Positions 1-9,359 of a stretch of DNA of 64,000 nt are shown here, one piece after another; within the stretch, counting starts at the first letter, position 1, and every line of letters begins with the position of its first letter. The position numbers and the translations under genes were made by a program. The notes under the pieces were generated by a model. That model saw nothing but the letters and a program-made list of their open reading frames with translations, was not told the DNA's origin and did not search any database. Source of the DNA: Polyangiales bacterium (GTDB taxonomy: Bacteria; Myxococcota_A; Polyangia; Polyangiales; Ga0077539); assembly GCA_044229975.1 (NCBI GenBank), contig JBGARZ010000011.1, positions 32,001 to 96,000 of the forward strand. Reading direction: 5' to 3'.

Positions 1-30
1 GTCCCACCGACGGACGATCTTCCCACCGCC

Positions 31-2973
31 ATGGACGCGCCGCCCGACGACGTCCAGGCCGACGTCGCGGTCATCGAGGAAGACGTCGCCCCGACCGTCG
101 ACCGCCCCGACGCGTGCCTGGAGATCGACATCGGATCGCGCGTCGGAATGGGCGTCGCGACCGGCGACACCACCGACCTCCCGAGCTACGCCGACTCGTC
201 CTGCGGGGCGTCGGCGGGTGGGCCGCGCACCGGCGCCGACGTCGGCGAGGCCGCGCTGCTCTGGGTCGCGCCCGCGAGCGACGTGTACACGTTTCAAACC
301 GCTGGGTCGGAGTTCGACACGGTGCTGTCATTGCGCGAGGGGCGATGCTCGGCCCGCGAGGTGACCTGTAACGACAACGTCACGGCCTTCAACCAGACGT
401 CGCGCATCACCATCGCCGTCCCGATGGGGCGCGCGCTCGCCATCGTCATCGACGGGCGCGACACCGGCGGAACCTACCGCCTGGACATCCTGCCGAGCGG
501 TGGCGTGAGCTGCCCCTCCCAGTGGATCGCGTGCGGCGGACGCTGCGTCGACCCCAGCAACGACCCGACCCAGTGCGGTGCGTGCGGCGTGCGCTGCGCC
601 TCCGGGGAGGTCTGCCTCGCGGGCCGTTGCGGCACCCGCGCGGCGGCGTGCGGCGCGTCGAACTACAACGTTCCCTGCGGCATGGGCTACTGCCCCAGCA
701 ACTCGACCTGCACCGCGGACACGCGTTGTTCGTGCCGCGCCGGGTTCGACTCCTACACCTGCGGCAACGCTCCCTGCTCGGGCAACGGCTGCATGCGCAA
801 CAACTGGTGGTGCGCCCCGCTGCTGTGCCCGCCGCGCTGCGAGGGCCGGACCTGCGGCGCCGACGGCTGCGGCGGATCGTGCGGCGTGTGCGCGATGGGG
901 CAGGCGTGCGATGACGCCGGGCGCTGCCAGACGGGCCTCGACCCGTGCCGCGGCGTTCCCACGGGAGGCGTGTGCACGGGCGCGACGACGCTCGACCTCT
1001 GCGCGACACCGACCGGGTCGACGGAGCCGCGCGTGACCTCGTACGCGTGCGCCACGGGGGAGCGCTGCCTGATGGCGCAGGGGGTCGCGCGCTGCGTGCT
1101 GCAAGCCGAGTGCATCGAGGGCGCCAGCCGCTGCCAGGCGTCGGCGGTGCAGCGCTGCGTGAGCGGTCGCTGGACGTCGACGGCCTGCCCCACCGGATGT
1201 CTGGAGCTGGGCGGCAGCGCGCAGTGCGCTGCGTCCGTGGCGACACGAACGCTCACGGGTGTTCTCCAGTACCAGTACCGGGTGCCCAACGCGGGCCGCT
1301 CGGCATGGAGCGACACCCCGTCGGTCGCGCGCGGTCAATCGGTGCTCGCGGTGTCGTACCGAGGAACGCAACCCATCGACAGCACCATCACGGCCGAGGG
1401 CGCGACGGCGGGCGCGTTCACGCTGCGGGTGCCAGAGCCCGCGGGCACTGATGACACGGTGGTGTTCGTCGCGTTGCGTGGAGATGACCGCGGCGGTGCG
1501 CGCTACGCGGTGCTCGACCCGGGCCTCGTCGGGTCGTCCCTGCCGGCGGGGTGCGTCGACGAGCTCCTCGGGCGGCGGCTGTGCACGGTGGCGGAGGTCG
1601 TCCCGGCGACGCCGCGGGTGTGGAGCGTCGCCGTGCCGCTGCGGAGCGTTCCCGCGGGCGGAACCATCACCGTCCCGCTGACGGCATCGGGGCCGCTGCG
1701 CATCTTCGATCAGATCCGGTCGACCTACGCGCAGACCCGCACGCGGTACGTGCGTGACGGGTTGAGCCTGGGCGCGTGGTTCAGTCCGGGCGTCGAGTGG
1801 AGCTGCGGCAACTGCTTCCTCGCGGCGCCGCCGCGCGCTGCGCCGGGCGGGCTCTCGCTGGGTTCGCAGTTCTTCCTGGGCGGCGGCGCCGAGGAGAGCT
1901 GGTGGAGCGACGCGACGCTCCAGCACGAGCTCGGTCACTGGGTGATGGAGAGCTACGGCGCGAGCCCCGACGAGGGCGGCCCGCACTACCTCGGGAGCCC
2001 GACGCTGCCGGGTCAGGCCTGGAGCGAAGGCTGGGCGACCTTCCACGGCGCGTCGGTGCGCAGCGACTCCGTCTACTACGCGACCAGCGGGGTGGTGCGG
2101 AGCGGCGCGCTGACGCGGTGGATGTTCTGGTTCGACGTCGACGCGCGGCGGTACAGCGACAGTCGGCTGACGTGGTCACGGCCGACGCCGGCGGGTGGTC
2201 TCCTGCAACGCATCGACGAGAACGAGGTGGCCGCCATGCTCTGGCGCCTGAGCCGCACCGCACGCGGCGCCGAGCCGGTGCTACGAACGCTGGCAGCGGA
2301 GCGGGTGGCCATCCCGCGGCGCGAGTCACCGGGCTTCGAGCGCGGATACACCCGACACCGCTGGGAGGTCGACCGCGACGCCGGCACCATCATCGAGAGC
2401 ACCGTCCGCGACCTCGGAACGGCCGCGCCGATGTTCGCCGACATGCTCGACGCGCTGCGCTGCACCGGCGGGTTCAGCGCCGCCGAGGTCGACGCGGTCA
2501 CCGAGCCGACGCGGGCGTACCCGTACCCGAGCGCGACGCCCATCTGTCGGCCGACGGTGGAGTCACCGCTCGCGCTGTCGTGGTCGTCCATCGACGCGCG
2601 CCCCGACGGCAACGTCACGCTCACCGCGGAGCTCGTCGCGCGCGGGGACTTCCCACAGCCGGTGACCTTCGCGATGGATGTTCCCTCGGGCGTGACGCTC
2701 GTCGCGGGCGCGGTGCAGGAGGTGGTGGGTCCGCTCGCGGCGGGTGATGTGCTTCGTCGCTCGTGGACGCTGCGCTACGACCGCGCGCCTGCGAGCGACG
2801 CGACGTTGCGGGTGGACGGTGCGGGCCCGGGCATGGGTTTCCACGGGGCGGCGCCGTATCGCTTTGGCCGTGTTGAGCGAGCGACGGTGGTGCCTGTGGT
2901 GGCGGGTCCGGTGGTGCGCTACCGCGGTCACGAGTTGGGTCGACCGACGATGGTGACCGTCGTCGCTCCGTAG
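31..2973 (+). CDS. Large secreted Cys-rich zinc metalloprotease-like protein (PPC-like domain, Cys-rich repeats, HExxH domain); true start may lie upstream of the window
   Basis: 980-aa ORF; PPC-like 'YTFQTAGSEFDTVLSLR..CND'; Stig1/EGF-like repeats 'CVDPSNDPTQCGACG' and 'CGADGCGGSCGVC'; 'LQHELGHWVM...AWSEGWATF' zinc motif. It opens with an acidic linker and no signal peptide, so it is probably N-truncated. Confidence 0.7.
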   Translation: MDAPPDDVQADVAVIEEDVAPTVDRPDACLEIDIGSRVGMGVATGDTTDLPSYADSSCGASAGGPRTGADVGEAALLWVAPASDVYTFQTAGSEFDTVLSLREGRCSAREVTCNDNVTAFNQTSRITIAVPMGRALAIVIDGRDTGGTYRLDILPSGGVSCPSQWIACGGRCVDPSNDPTQCGACGVRCASGEVCLAGRCGTRAAACGASNYNVPCGMGYCPSNSTCTADTRCSCRAGFDSYTCGNAPCSGNGCMRNNWWCAPLLCPPRCEGRTCGADGCGGSCGVCAMGQACDDAGRCQTGLDPCRGVPTGGVCTGATTLDLCATPTGSTEPRVTSYACATGERCLMAQGVARCVLQAECIEGASRCQASAVQRCVSGRWTSTACPTGCLELGGSAQCAASVATRTLTGVLQYQYRVPNAGRSAWSDTPSVARGQSVLAVSYRGTQPIDSTITAEGATAGAFTLRVPEPAGTDDTVVFVALRGDDRGGARYAVLDPGLVGSSLPAGCVDELLGRRLCTVAEVVPATPRVWSVAVPLRSVPAGGTITVPLTASGPLRIFDQIRSTYAQTRTRYVRDGLSLGAWFSPGVEWSCGNCFLAAPPRAAPGGLSLGSQFFLGGGAEESWWSDATLQHELGHWVMESYGASPDEGGPHYLGSPTLPGQAWSEGWATFHGASVRSDSVYYATSGVVRSGALTRWMFWFDVDARRYSDSRLTWSRPTPAGGLLQRIDENEVAAMLWRLSRTARGAEPVLRTLAAERVAIPRRESPGFERGYTRHRWEVDRDAGTIIESTVRDLGTAAPMFADMLDALRCTGGFSAAEVDAVTEPTRAYPYPSATPICRPTVESPLALSWSSIDARPDGNVTLTAELVARGDFPQPVTFAMDVPSGVTLVAGAVQEVVGPLAAGDVLRRSWTLRYDRAPASDATLRVDGAGPGMGFHGAAPYRFGRVERATVVPVVAGPVVRYRGHELGRPTMVTVVAP

Positions 2974-3017
2974 ATCGCGAGCCGAGAGAGCTGACGGGTG
3001 CGTGGTAGGGTCGCGGG

Positions 3018-4355
3018 GTGAGTCGTCGCTTCGCCCTCGCGCTGGCCCTGGTGACGCTCGCCCCCGCGGCGCTCGCCAACGGTCGCTTCCCCACCGCGCA
3101 GATGGTGCAGCTCAGCACCGGAGCGCACCCCGCGCGCATCGTGTTGCGGACGACCTTCGGTGTGCTGCTCGGCGAGGACGACGGTCGTCGCTGGTCGTGG
3201 ATGTGCGAGGACGCGTTCAACTACGGGCGGCCTGACGTGTGGGACCCGCCGGTCGCGATGGGCTCGCCGGGGGCGGACGGCGTGCCGTTGCTGCTGGGGA
3301 TTCCGACGGGGCTGCGGCGCACGGTGGACAACTGCCAGCCGACCATCGTGAGCGAGGTGGGCACCGACTACACCGCGGACATCAGCGCCACCGAGGACGG
3401 TCGCACGGTGCACTGGGTGGGATCGTTTCAGGAGGCGGGGAGCACCTCGCTGGTCAACAGGGTGCGCGCGTCGTCGGACGGGGGGCGCACGTTTCGGACG
3501 GTGTACGAGGGCGCGCGGGGCGTGCTCTTCCTGACGATGGAGGCGGCGCCGTCGGACCCGCAGCGGGTGTACCTCACGGCGCACGGCGAGAGCCCGTCGC
3601 GCGACCTGCTCTATCGATCGGACGACGGCGCGGCGACGCTGCGAGAGATGACGCTCGACCTCCAAGGGGGCACCGAGGGGTGGATCTCGGGCATCGATCC
3701 GAGCAACCGCGACGTGCTGTACGTGCGCTCGTTTGCGGACGATCCGCGGGAGCGCGAGCCCGGCGCCACGCGGCTGCTGCGCTCGACCGACGGCGGGATG
3801 ACCTTCACCGAGGTGGTGCGAACGCAGGGCGTGATGCGCGGCTTCGCCGTGTCGGGCGACGGGCGGACGATCTGGGTGGGAGGCCCGGAAGACGGGCTGC
3901 TGCGGTCGGAGGCGGGCGGTGCGTTTGAGCGGGTGTCGGGGGTGCAGGTGCAGTGCCTGCGCTGGCACGCGGGCGCGCTGTACGTGTGCGGCAACCACGT
4001 CATCGACGGCTTCAACCTGGCGCGGTCGGAGGACGGTGGGCGGACGATGGTTCCGCTGGTGGACTTCCGAACGCTGAGCGCACCGACGGGGTGCGCGACC
4101 GGGACGCCGGTGCGCGAGATGTGCCTGCCGACGTGGACGACGGTGCGTAGCGGCTTCGGCGTGTTGCCCGATGCGGGGGTGGATGCGGGCAGCGGGCGTG
4201 ATGGTGGGATGGACGCGGGCACGCTGGCGCCACCGATGGAGGGAGGCTGTACCTGCAACGTGGGCGCGAGGGATGGGCGGGCGCGCGGCGGGAGCGGATG
4301 GCTGGCGGGGTTGATGGTGGGGATGGTTGCGTGGTGGAGGCGGAGGCGGGGTTGA
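3018..4355 (+). CDS. BNR/Asp-box beta-propeller surface protein with MYXO-CTERM-like C-terminal sorting signal
   Basis: Signal peptide; repeated S-x-D-G-G-x-T-F/W boxes; C-terminus 'GGCTCNVG...WLAGLMVGMVAWWRRRRG'. Confidence 0.8.
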   Translation: MSRRFALALALVTLAPAALANGRFPTAQMVQLSTGAHPARIVLRTTFGVLLGEDDGRRWSWMCEDAFNYGRPDVWDPPVAMGSPGADGVPLLLGIPTGLRRTVDNCQPTIVSEVGTDYTADISATEDGRTVHWVGSFQEAGSTSLVNRVRASSDGGRTFRTVYEGARGVLFLTMEAAPSDPQRVYLTAHGESPSRDLLYRSDDGAATLREMTLDLQGGTEGWISGIDPSNRDVLYVRSFADDPREREPGATRLLRSTDGGMTFTEVVRTQGVMRGFAVSGDGRTIWVGGPEDGLLRSEAGGAFERVSGVQVQCLRWHAGALYVCGNHVIDGFNLARSEDGGRTMVPLVDFRTLSAPTGCATGTPVREMCLPTWTTVRSGFGVLPDAGVDAGSGRDGGMDAGTLAPPMEGGCTCNVGARDGRARGGSGWLAGLMVGMVAWWRRRRG

Positions 4356-4391
4356 GGGCGTAGCGAGGGCGTGATACCCGCGCGCTCCCCG

Positions 4392-5390
4392 ATGAAGACC
4401 GCGCGCCATCTCTTCTCCGTCGCCGCCCTCGCTCTCAACGCCTTCGGCTGCGTGGGTCAGCCCGAAGTTCTCGACGACCAGAGCGCCTCGCAGGAGGTCG
4501 CCGCGGCCACGATCACCTTCTCGCGCGACTTCACCCAGCGCGCCTCGACCACGCTCCGCGCGAGCGCCGATGTCCGCATCGTGTACGACGCCAACCGCCT
4601 CCCCGACTGCCGCGGCGGCGACATGGGCGGCATTCCCCAGTGGTCCATCACGGGCTTCGCGCGCATCGCCGATGGCCCGGTGGTGTCGTTCGCCGTGGCC
4701 GGTCTCAACGCGCCGACGACGGTGCCCACGGTCGCGCTCGATCGCGTGGGCGAGTTGCAGGTGTGGTTCCAGGCGACGAGCCGCTGGGGCTGCTCCGCGT
4801 ACGACTCCAACTACGGACGCAACTACCGCTTCGCCGTCGCGCAACCCGCCAACGCCCCCGACTGGATCGGCAACGGCAACTGGGTGCTCACCCGCGCGAC
4901 GTGCTCGGGCGGCCCCTGCGACAACGACCGCAACCCCCTCACCACCGTCTTCGACTACGGCACGGGCGCCCGCCAGCGCGCCGCCATCCGCTCGATCTAC
5001 TTCGAGGTCTACAAGGCTGGCGTCACCGATCGTGACAACCCCGACCTGTGGCGTCAGCTCGACGTTCAGGTGCTCTCGCGCCCGACCGGGACGACCCAGG
5101 CGTGGCGCTCGCAGTACGTTCGCATCGACGGCCGCGCGGGCAACAACGCCCGCTACGCGGTGCTCCTGCGTGAGCTCGACCCGCTCGGCGAAAACACCGT
5201 CACCCGCCGCGAAGACTGCCCCGCCGCGCCGCTCACCCTCAGCGCCGATGGCATGTATGTGAGCGCCGAGCTCGACTACTACTTCCGCGTCAACGGCGTG
5301 GAGTACCGTCCCGCTCTGGGGCAGGGCTTCCGCGGGCGCTTCACGCAGTACCGCGGGCTGTTCGCGCCCTGCGTCGTGACCCGTCCCTGA
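4392..5390 (+). CDS. Lipoprotein, DUF6209-like
   Basis: ATG 4392; lipobox 'AFGC'; 'VRIVYDANRLPDCRG...LQVWF...CSAYDSNYGRNYRF' resembles the myxobacterial DUF6209 family as I recall it. Confidence 0.6.
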   Translation: MKTARHLFSVAALALNAFGCVGQPEVLDDQSASQEVAAATITFSRDFTQRASTTLRASADVRIVYDANRLPDCRGGDMGGIPQWSITGFARIADGPVVSFAVAGLNAPTTVPTVALDRVGELQVWFQATSRWGCSAYDSNYGRNYRFAVAQPANAPDWIGNGNWVLTRATCSGGPCDNDRNPLTTVFDYGTGARQRAAIRSIYFEVYKAGVTDRDNPDLWRQLDVQVLSRPTGTTQAWRSQYVRIDGRAGNNARYAVLLRELDPLGENTVTRREDCPAAPLTLSADGMYVSAELDYYFRVNGVEYRPALGQGFRGRFTQYRGLFAPCVVTRP

Positions 5391-5393
5391 CCG

Positions 5394-5936
5394 TCACCCC
5401 TCGCCAAACACCTCGTCGAAGGCCCTCCGATTGGGCCCCTCGCCGCCGCGTTCGTACACCGCGAACACCACCCGCTCGAACACCCCCGCCATCTCTCCGC
5501 GCAGCCATCCCGCGAACGCCTCTGCCACCTCGCGCGGGTCATTCCGGAACACCCCGCAGCCCCACGCCCCGAGCACCAGCGTCCGGTGCTCCTGCGCCGC
5601 CATCACCCGCAGCACCAGGCCCGCCCGCCTCTTCAGCGCGTCGCGCACCACCCGCTCGCTCTCGTTGTGCCGCCGCGCCTCGCCCGCGTTGGGAGCAGGC
5701 GCCGTCACCACCGACATCACCCACGGCTCCTCGATGAGCGCCCACCGCTCGTTGCGAAAGAACGGAACCCGCGGCGAGTAGATGACGTGGTCGGTGTACG
5801 CGAACGAGCGCTCCTCGCGGTTGGCCTCGTAGTAATCCCACTGCGTCACCAGACAGGGGTAGAGCGCCGAGGCGCGGGCGAGGTCTTCCTCCTGCGACTT
5901 GGCGCCCGTGAGGAAGCCACCACCGGGGTTGCGCGC
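5394..5936 (-). pseudogene. TIGR02452/DUF2263 family (PARG-like macrodomain) protein, N-terminally truncated
   Basis: 'NPGGGFLTGAKSQEEDLARASALY', 'IYSPRVPFFR' and 'LVLGAWGCGVFRNDP' are present; the expected 'LNFASA' and about 90 upstream residues are absent. Confidence 0.65.
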
Positions 5937-6102
5937 CCGCACGTCGTCGAGCGGCGCACCGATGCCGAAGTGGGGATTGGGGGCGTTCGGGGCGGGCCGT
6001 ACACCGGGAGCCGAGGCTCTCCGACACCACGAAGTCCGCCGGACCATCCGTCGCTCAGACCCTTGCCAGCGCGGCTCGCCGGGCTTATGACCACCCAGTC
6101 AC

Positions 6103-6819
6103 ATGACTACCCGGTCACATGCCCGACCCCACGCTGCGTTCGACAATCTCCCGCCTGAGAAGCGCGCCCGCATCATCGAGCTCGCCATCGACGAGTTCGC
6201 CGGTCGGCCGTACTCGCAGGCGTCGCTGTCGCGCATCGTGGCGCGCGCGGGCATCGCCAAGGGCAGCATCTACCAGTACTTCCCCAACAAGCTGGAGCTG
6301 TACCGCTGGCTGCTCACCCGCGAGCTCGTCGACCGCAAGCGCGCGATGCTCGCCGCCGTCGTCACGCCGCCGGGCGGTGACGTGTTCGCGCAGCTGGAGC
6401 AGATGGTCTACGCGGGCATGCGCTTTCAGCTCGCCGACCCGCGGCTCGCGCGGCTCGCGGCCAACCTCTACGACCCCGACGTCGACCCCGACGTCCACGC
6501 GATGCATCGCGAGCTGCGGGCCACGGGGCAGGCGGGCGTTCGTGCGCTGCTCGAAGAGGCCCAGCGCGAGGGGACGCTCCCGAAGAGCACCGACCTCGAC
6601 GTCGCCGCGCCGCTCGTCGCGCAGGTGCTCGGCCCCGGCCTCGCCGAGGTGTTGCTGGGGCGCATGGGCACCGACCTGCACGGGTTTCTCAACGACCCGT
6701 CGGTCGCGCGTTCGTTGAAGGAGCCCGAGCTGCGCGCGCTGGTGCGCTCGGTGGTCGGAGTGCTGCGCCACGGGCTCGCGGGCGAGGCCCCGAAGGCGAA
6801 GAAGGAGAGAGGCCGATGA
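6103..6819 (+). CDS. TetR/AcrR family transcriptional regulator
   Basis: HTH 'ASLSRIVARAGIAKGSIYQYFPNKLEL'. Confidence 0.9.
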   Translation: MTTRSHARPHAAFDNLPPEKRARIIELAIDEFAGRPYSQASLSRIVARAGIAKGSIYQYFPNKLELYRWLLTRELVDRKRAMLAAVVTPPGGDVFAQLEQMVYAGMRFQLADPRLARLAANLYDPDVDPDVHAMHRELRATGQAGVRALLEEAQREGTLPKSTDLDVAAPLVAQVLGPGLAEVLLGRMGTDLHGFLNDPSVARSLKEPELRALVRSVVGVLRHGLAGEAPKAKKERGR

Positions 6820-7433
6820 TCAAGTTCGGACAGCTCGCACAGGCGACCCGGTTGCTGCGCGAGGGCAAGCTCGGCGACGGCGCCATCCTCAAGGCCGACG
6901 CGGTCGACGCGCGCATCGATCCAGAGGTCGAAGTGCGCCTCGCCGACGTGCGCGGTTACCTCCCGACCATCGACGTCGACGCGCTCGTGAAGCTCCCGAC
7001 CGGGTCCTTCGGGCGCGCATACGCCGACCACATGATCGGCCACCAGCTCAAGCCCTTCCGGGTGAGCGAGGGCTTCGACCCGGAGATGCTGCGGCGCAAC
7101 ACCTTCGCGGCGCGCTACGCGGTCACGCACGACATCTTCCACGTGCTCCTCGGCTTCGACATGAAGCTCCCCGGCGAGATGGGCGTGCTCGCCTTCGCCG
7201 TCGCGCAGGGGTACGCGCGCATCCAGAAGCTCGCGCTCGCGTTCGCCCTGGTGCTCTATCCGCTGCTCGCGCCGCGGGAGGCGGGGCGCACGTTTCGCTG
7301 CTTCCGCGAGGGGTGGCGGTTGGGGCGCGGGGCGAGGTTCTTGTTGGGCGTGCGCTTCGAGGAGTGGTGGGAGCGCCCGCTGGCGGAGGTGCGCGTCGAG
7401 CTTGGGTTGCCCGCGTCACCGGCGGTGCACTGA
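6816..7433 (+). CDS. Coq4 family protein
   Basis: 'LVKLPTGSFGRAYADHM' and 'RYAVTHDIFHVLLGF...GEMGVLAF' (HDxxH..E); ATGA overlap with the TetR gene. Confidence 0.85.
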   Translation: MIKFGQLAQATRLLREGKLGDGAILKADAVDARIDPEVEVRLADVRGYLPTIDVDALVKLPTGSFGRAYADHMIGHQLKPFRVSEGFDPEMLRRNTFAARYAVTHDIFHVLLGFDMKLPGEMGVLAFAVAQGYARIQKLALAFALVLYPLLAPREAGRTFRCFREGWRLGRGARFLLGVRFEEWWERPLAEVRVELGLPASPAVH

Positions 7434-7511
7434 CGCCCCTTGGGCCCACCGCAGCGCCTGCACGGAAACTGGCCCTCTCGCCCGCGGCGATTCTACGCTG
7501 CACAAAGCACC

Positions 7512-7796
7512 ATGAAACCCATCGAGATCATCTACTGCGTGGACGACCCCGACGCGCCGGTTCTCCACTACTACGACCTGCTCAGCGAGATGGACGCGCT
7601 CACCCGCTACGTCCTCACCGTCGCGGCGGCCCCCTTCGCGCCCGTCATCATCCTCAACGGCTCCGAGCTCGACAGCCGCAACGGCTACCGCCGCTGGGGT
7701 CCCACCGAGCGCCGCGGCGCCGACCGCGCCCACACCAACCGCCGCGTCCGCGGTCGGCGCACCGAAGACCGCGCCCCGGCCTACGCGCTCTGCTAG
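7512..7796 (+). CDS. Small hypothetical protein
   Basis: ATG 7512; GC3-biased codons; 'MKPIEIIYCVDDPDAPVLHYYDLL'. Confidence 0.5.
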   Translation: MKPIEIIYCVDDPDAPVLHYYDLLSEMDALTRYVLTVAAAPFAPVIILNGSELDSRNGYRRWGPTERRGADRAHTNRRVRGRRTEDRAPAYALC

Positions 7797-8479
7797 GGCA
7801 GACACATCCCCTCGGCCGCGCGCCGACCCCGCGCGTACGCCGACGCATCCACCCGCATCCCCCGCCCCGACCGCAACCCCAGCCGCTCCTCCACGAAGCG
7901 ATCGAGCGCCTCGCGGTGCACCGCCGACGCCCGATCGAGCGTCGCCAGCTCCGCCCCCGTCGACGCCTCGCGCACGCCCTTCGCCGCCTCGCCGAGCCGC
8001 CGCGCCAGCACGTCGACCGCGCCCACGCGGAAGGCCTCGTGCCACTTCCGGCTCTTCCCTTCGCCGTGCGTCGCCGAGAGCCACTCGACGCGCTTCACCG
8101 CCCAGGCCCACAGCGTCTCCACCGCCGCCCGATCGCGCGCCCGACCGACCAGCGCGATGGCCTGCGCGTCGCCGCGGTCGAGCGTGTACGCGACGCACCC
8201 GTTGACCTCCGCGAGCGCACAGGCGAGCGCCACCTTCCACGGGCGCAGCTTGCGCGCGACCTCCAGCGGCGCGTCGGTGGCGTCGGCGATGGGATCGGGG
8301 TCGTCCGCCGCGTCGCGCTCGGCAGCGAGCCACTGCTCCAACCGGTGACGGGTGATGAGCGTCTGCGCCTGCGCCGCCGCGGTCGCGGCCTCGTGCACGT
8401 CGGGCGACGTCGCCAGCGCCAGCAGCTTGCGAACCCGGTCGAGCGCCTTCTCCGCGCTCACGCCGCCGACGGTGTCCAT
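7793..8479 (-). CDS. DUF2786 domain protein
   Basis: N-terminal 'ALDRVRKLLALATSPDVHEAATAAAQAQTLITRHRL'; C-terminal 'AYARGRRAA'. Confidence 0.8.
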   Translation of the reverse strand: MDTVGGVSAEKALDRVRKLLALATSPDVHEAATAAAQAQTLITRHRLEQWLAAERDAADDPDPIADATDAPLEVARKLRPWKVALACALAEVNGCVAYTLDRGDAQAIALVGRARDRAAVETLWAWAVKRVEWLSATHGEGKSRKWHEAFRVGAVDVLARRLGEAAKGVREASTGAELATLDRASAVHREALDRFVEERLGLRSGRGMRVDASAYARGRRAAEGMCLP

Positions 8480-8493
8480 CGCGACGCCCCCCT

Positions 8494-9267
8494 CTACCGA
8501 TGCTCGGCCGGCGGCGCGAACTCCTCCACCACGTCGGCGCGCTCGACCGGGCCGAAGTGCCCCGTGAAGAACAGCTCGCCCCGCGGCGCGATCTCCCGCA
8601 GCAGCCGCTGCACGTCGGCGCGGTTGCCCGCGAGGTCGCACATGTAGAAGTGCGTCTCCGCGCCATCACCCACGATCGCCCCGCGAAACAGGTCGCCCAC
8701 GAACACGGCCGTGCCCGCGGTGACCACCAGCGAGCCCGGCGTGTGCCCCGGCAGCGCGGTGACCGTCGCGTCGACGCCCGCGAGCTGCGCCAGCGAGAGC
8801 GTCGCATCGACCGGCACGTCGACCGTCGTGGGCGTGTAGATCGCCTCCTGGTCGGACGATCGGCGGAGGCGCGCGATGAAGCCCGTCGGACAGATCGGCG
8901 CGTTGTGCCCGGTGGCGAACATCCCCTGATCACCGGCGCCCGCCACCACCTGGGTCCCGTAGCGTCGCTGGAAGTACCGGGCACCGCCCGCATGGTCGGC
9001 GTGCCCGTGCGTGACCACCACGACGCGCAGCCGGGTCGGGTCGAGGCCCTCGTCGCGCAGCGCCTCGTCGAGCGCGGCGGCGTGGCGCTCGTAGCCGCTG
9101 TCGATCATCACGAGCGAGTCGCCCTGCGCGATGACGTGGGCGTGGGTCGAGTCGCGGGTGAAGGTGTGCACCGTGAGGCCGCCGACACGGCGCAGCGAGT
9201 GGGAGGTTCCACACCCGAGCAGCAGCGCGACGAAGAGGGCGAGCAGCGAGCGGTTGAGCGTCGTCAT
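8494..9267 (-). CDS. MBL-fold metallo-hydrolase (lipoprotein)
   Basis: 'THGHADHAGG', 'PGHTPGS', 'VGDL', 'TGHFGP'; lipobox 'LLGC'. Confidence 0.9.
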   Translation of the reverse strand: MTTLNRSLLALFVALLLGCGTSHSLRRVGGLTVHTFTRDSTHAHVIAQGDSLVMIDSGYERHAAALDEALRDEGLDPTRLRVVVVTHGHADHAGGARYFQRRYGTQVVAGAGDQGMFATGHNAPICPTGFIARLRRSSDQEAIYTPTTVDVPVDATLSLAQLAGVDATVTALPGHTPGSLVVTAGTAVFVGDLFRGAIVGDGAETHFYMCDLAGNRADVQRLLREIAPRGELFFTGHFGPVERADVVEEFAPPAEHR

Positions 9268-9359
9268 CGGCGTGGTCTCGCGGCGCAGCCTACACGAAGC
9301 ACCGCGGGTCCCCCGCGCGACGATGCTCCGGTCGACCATCGTCGCACCGGCGTCGGCGC

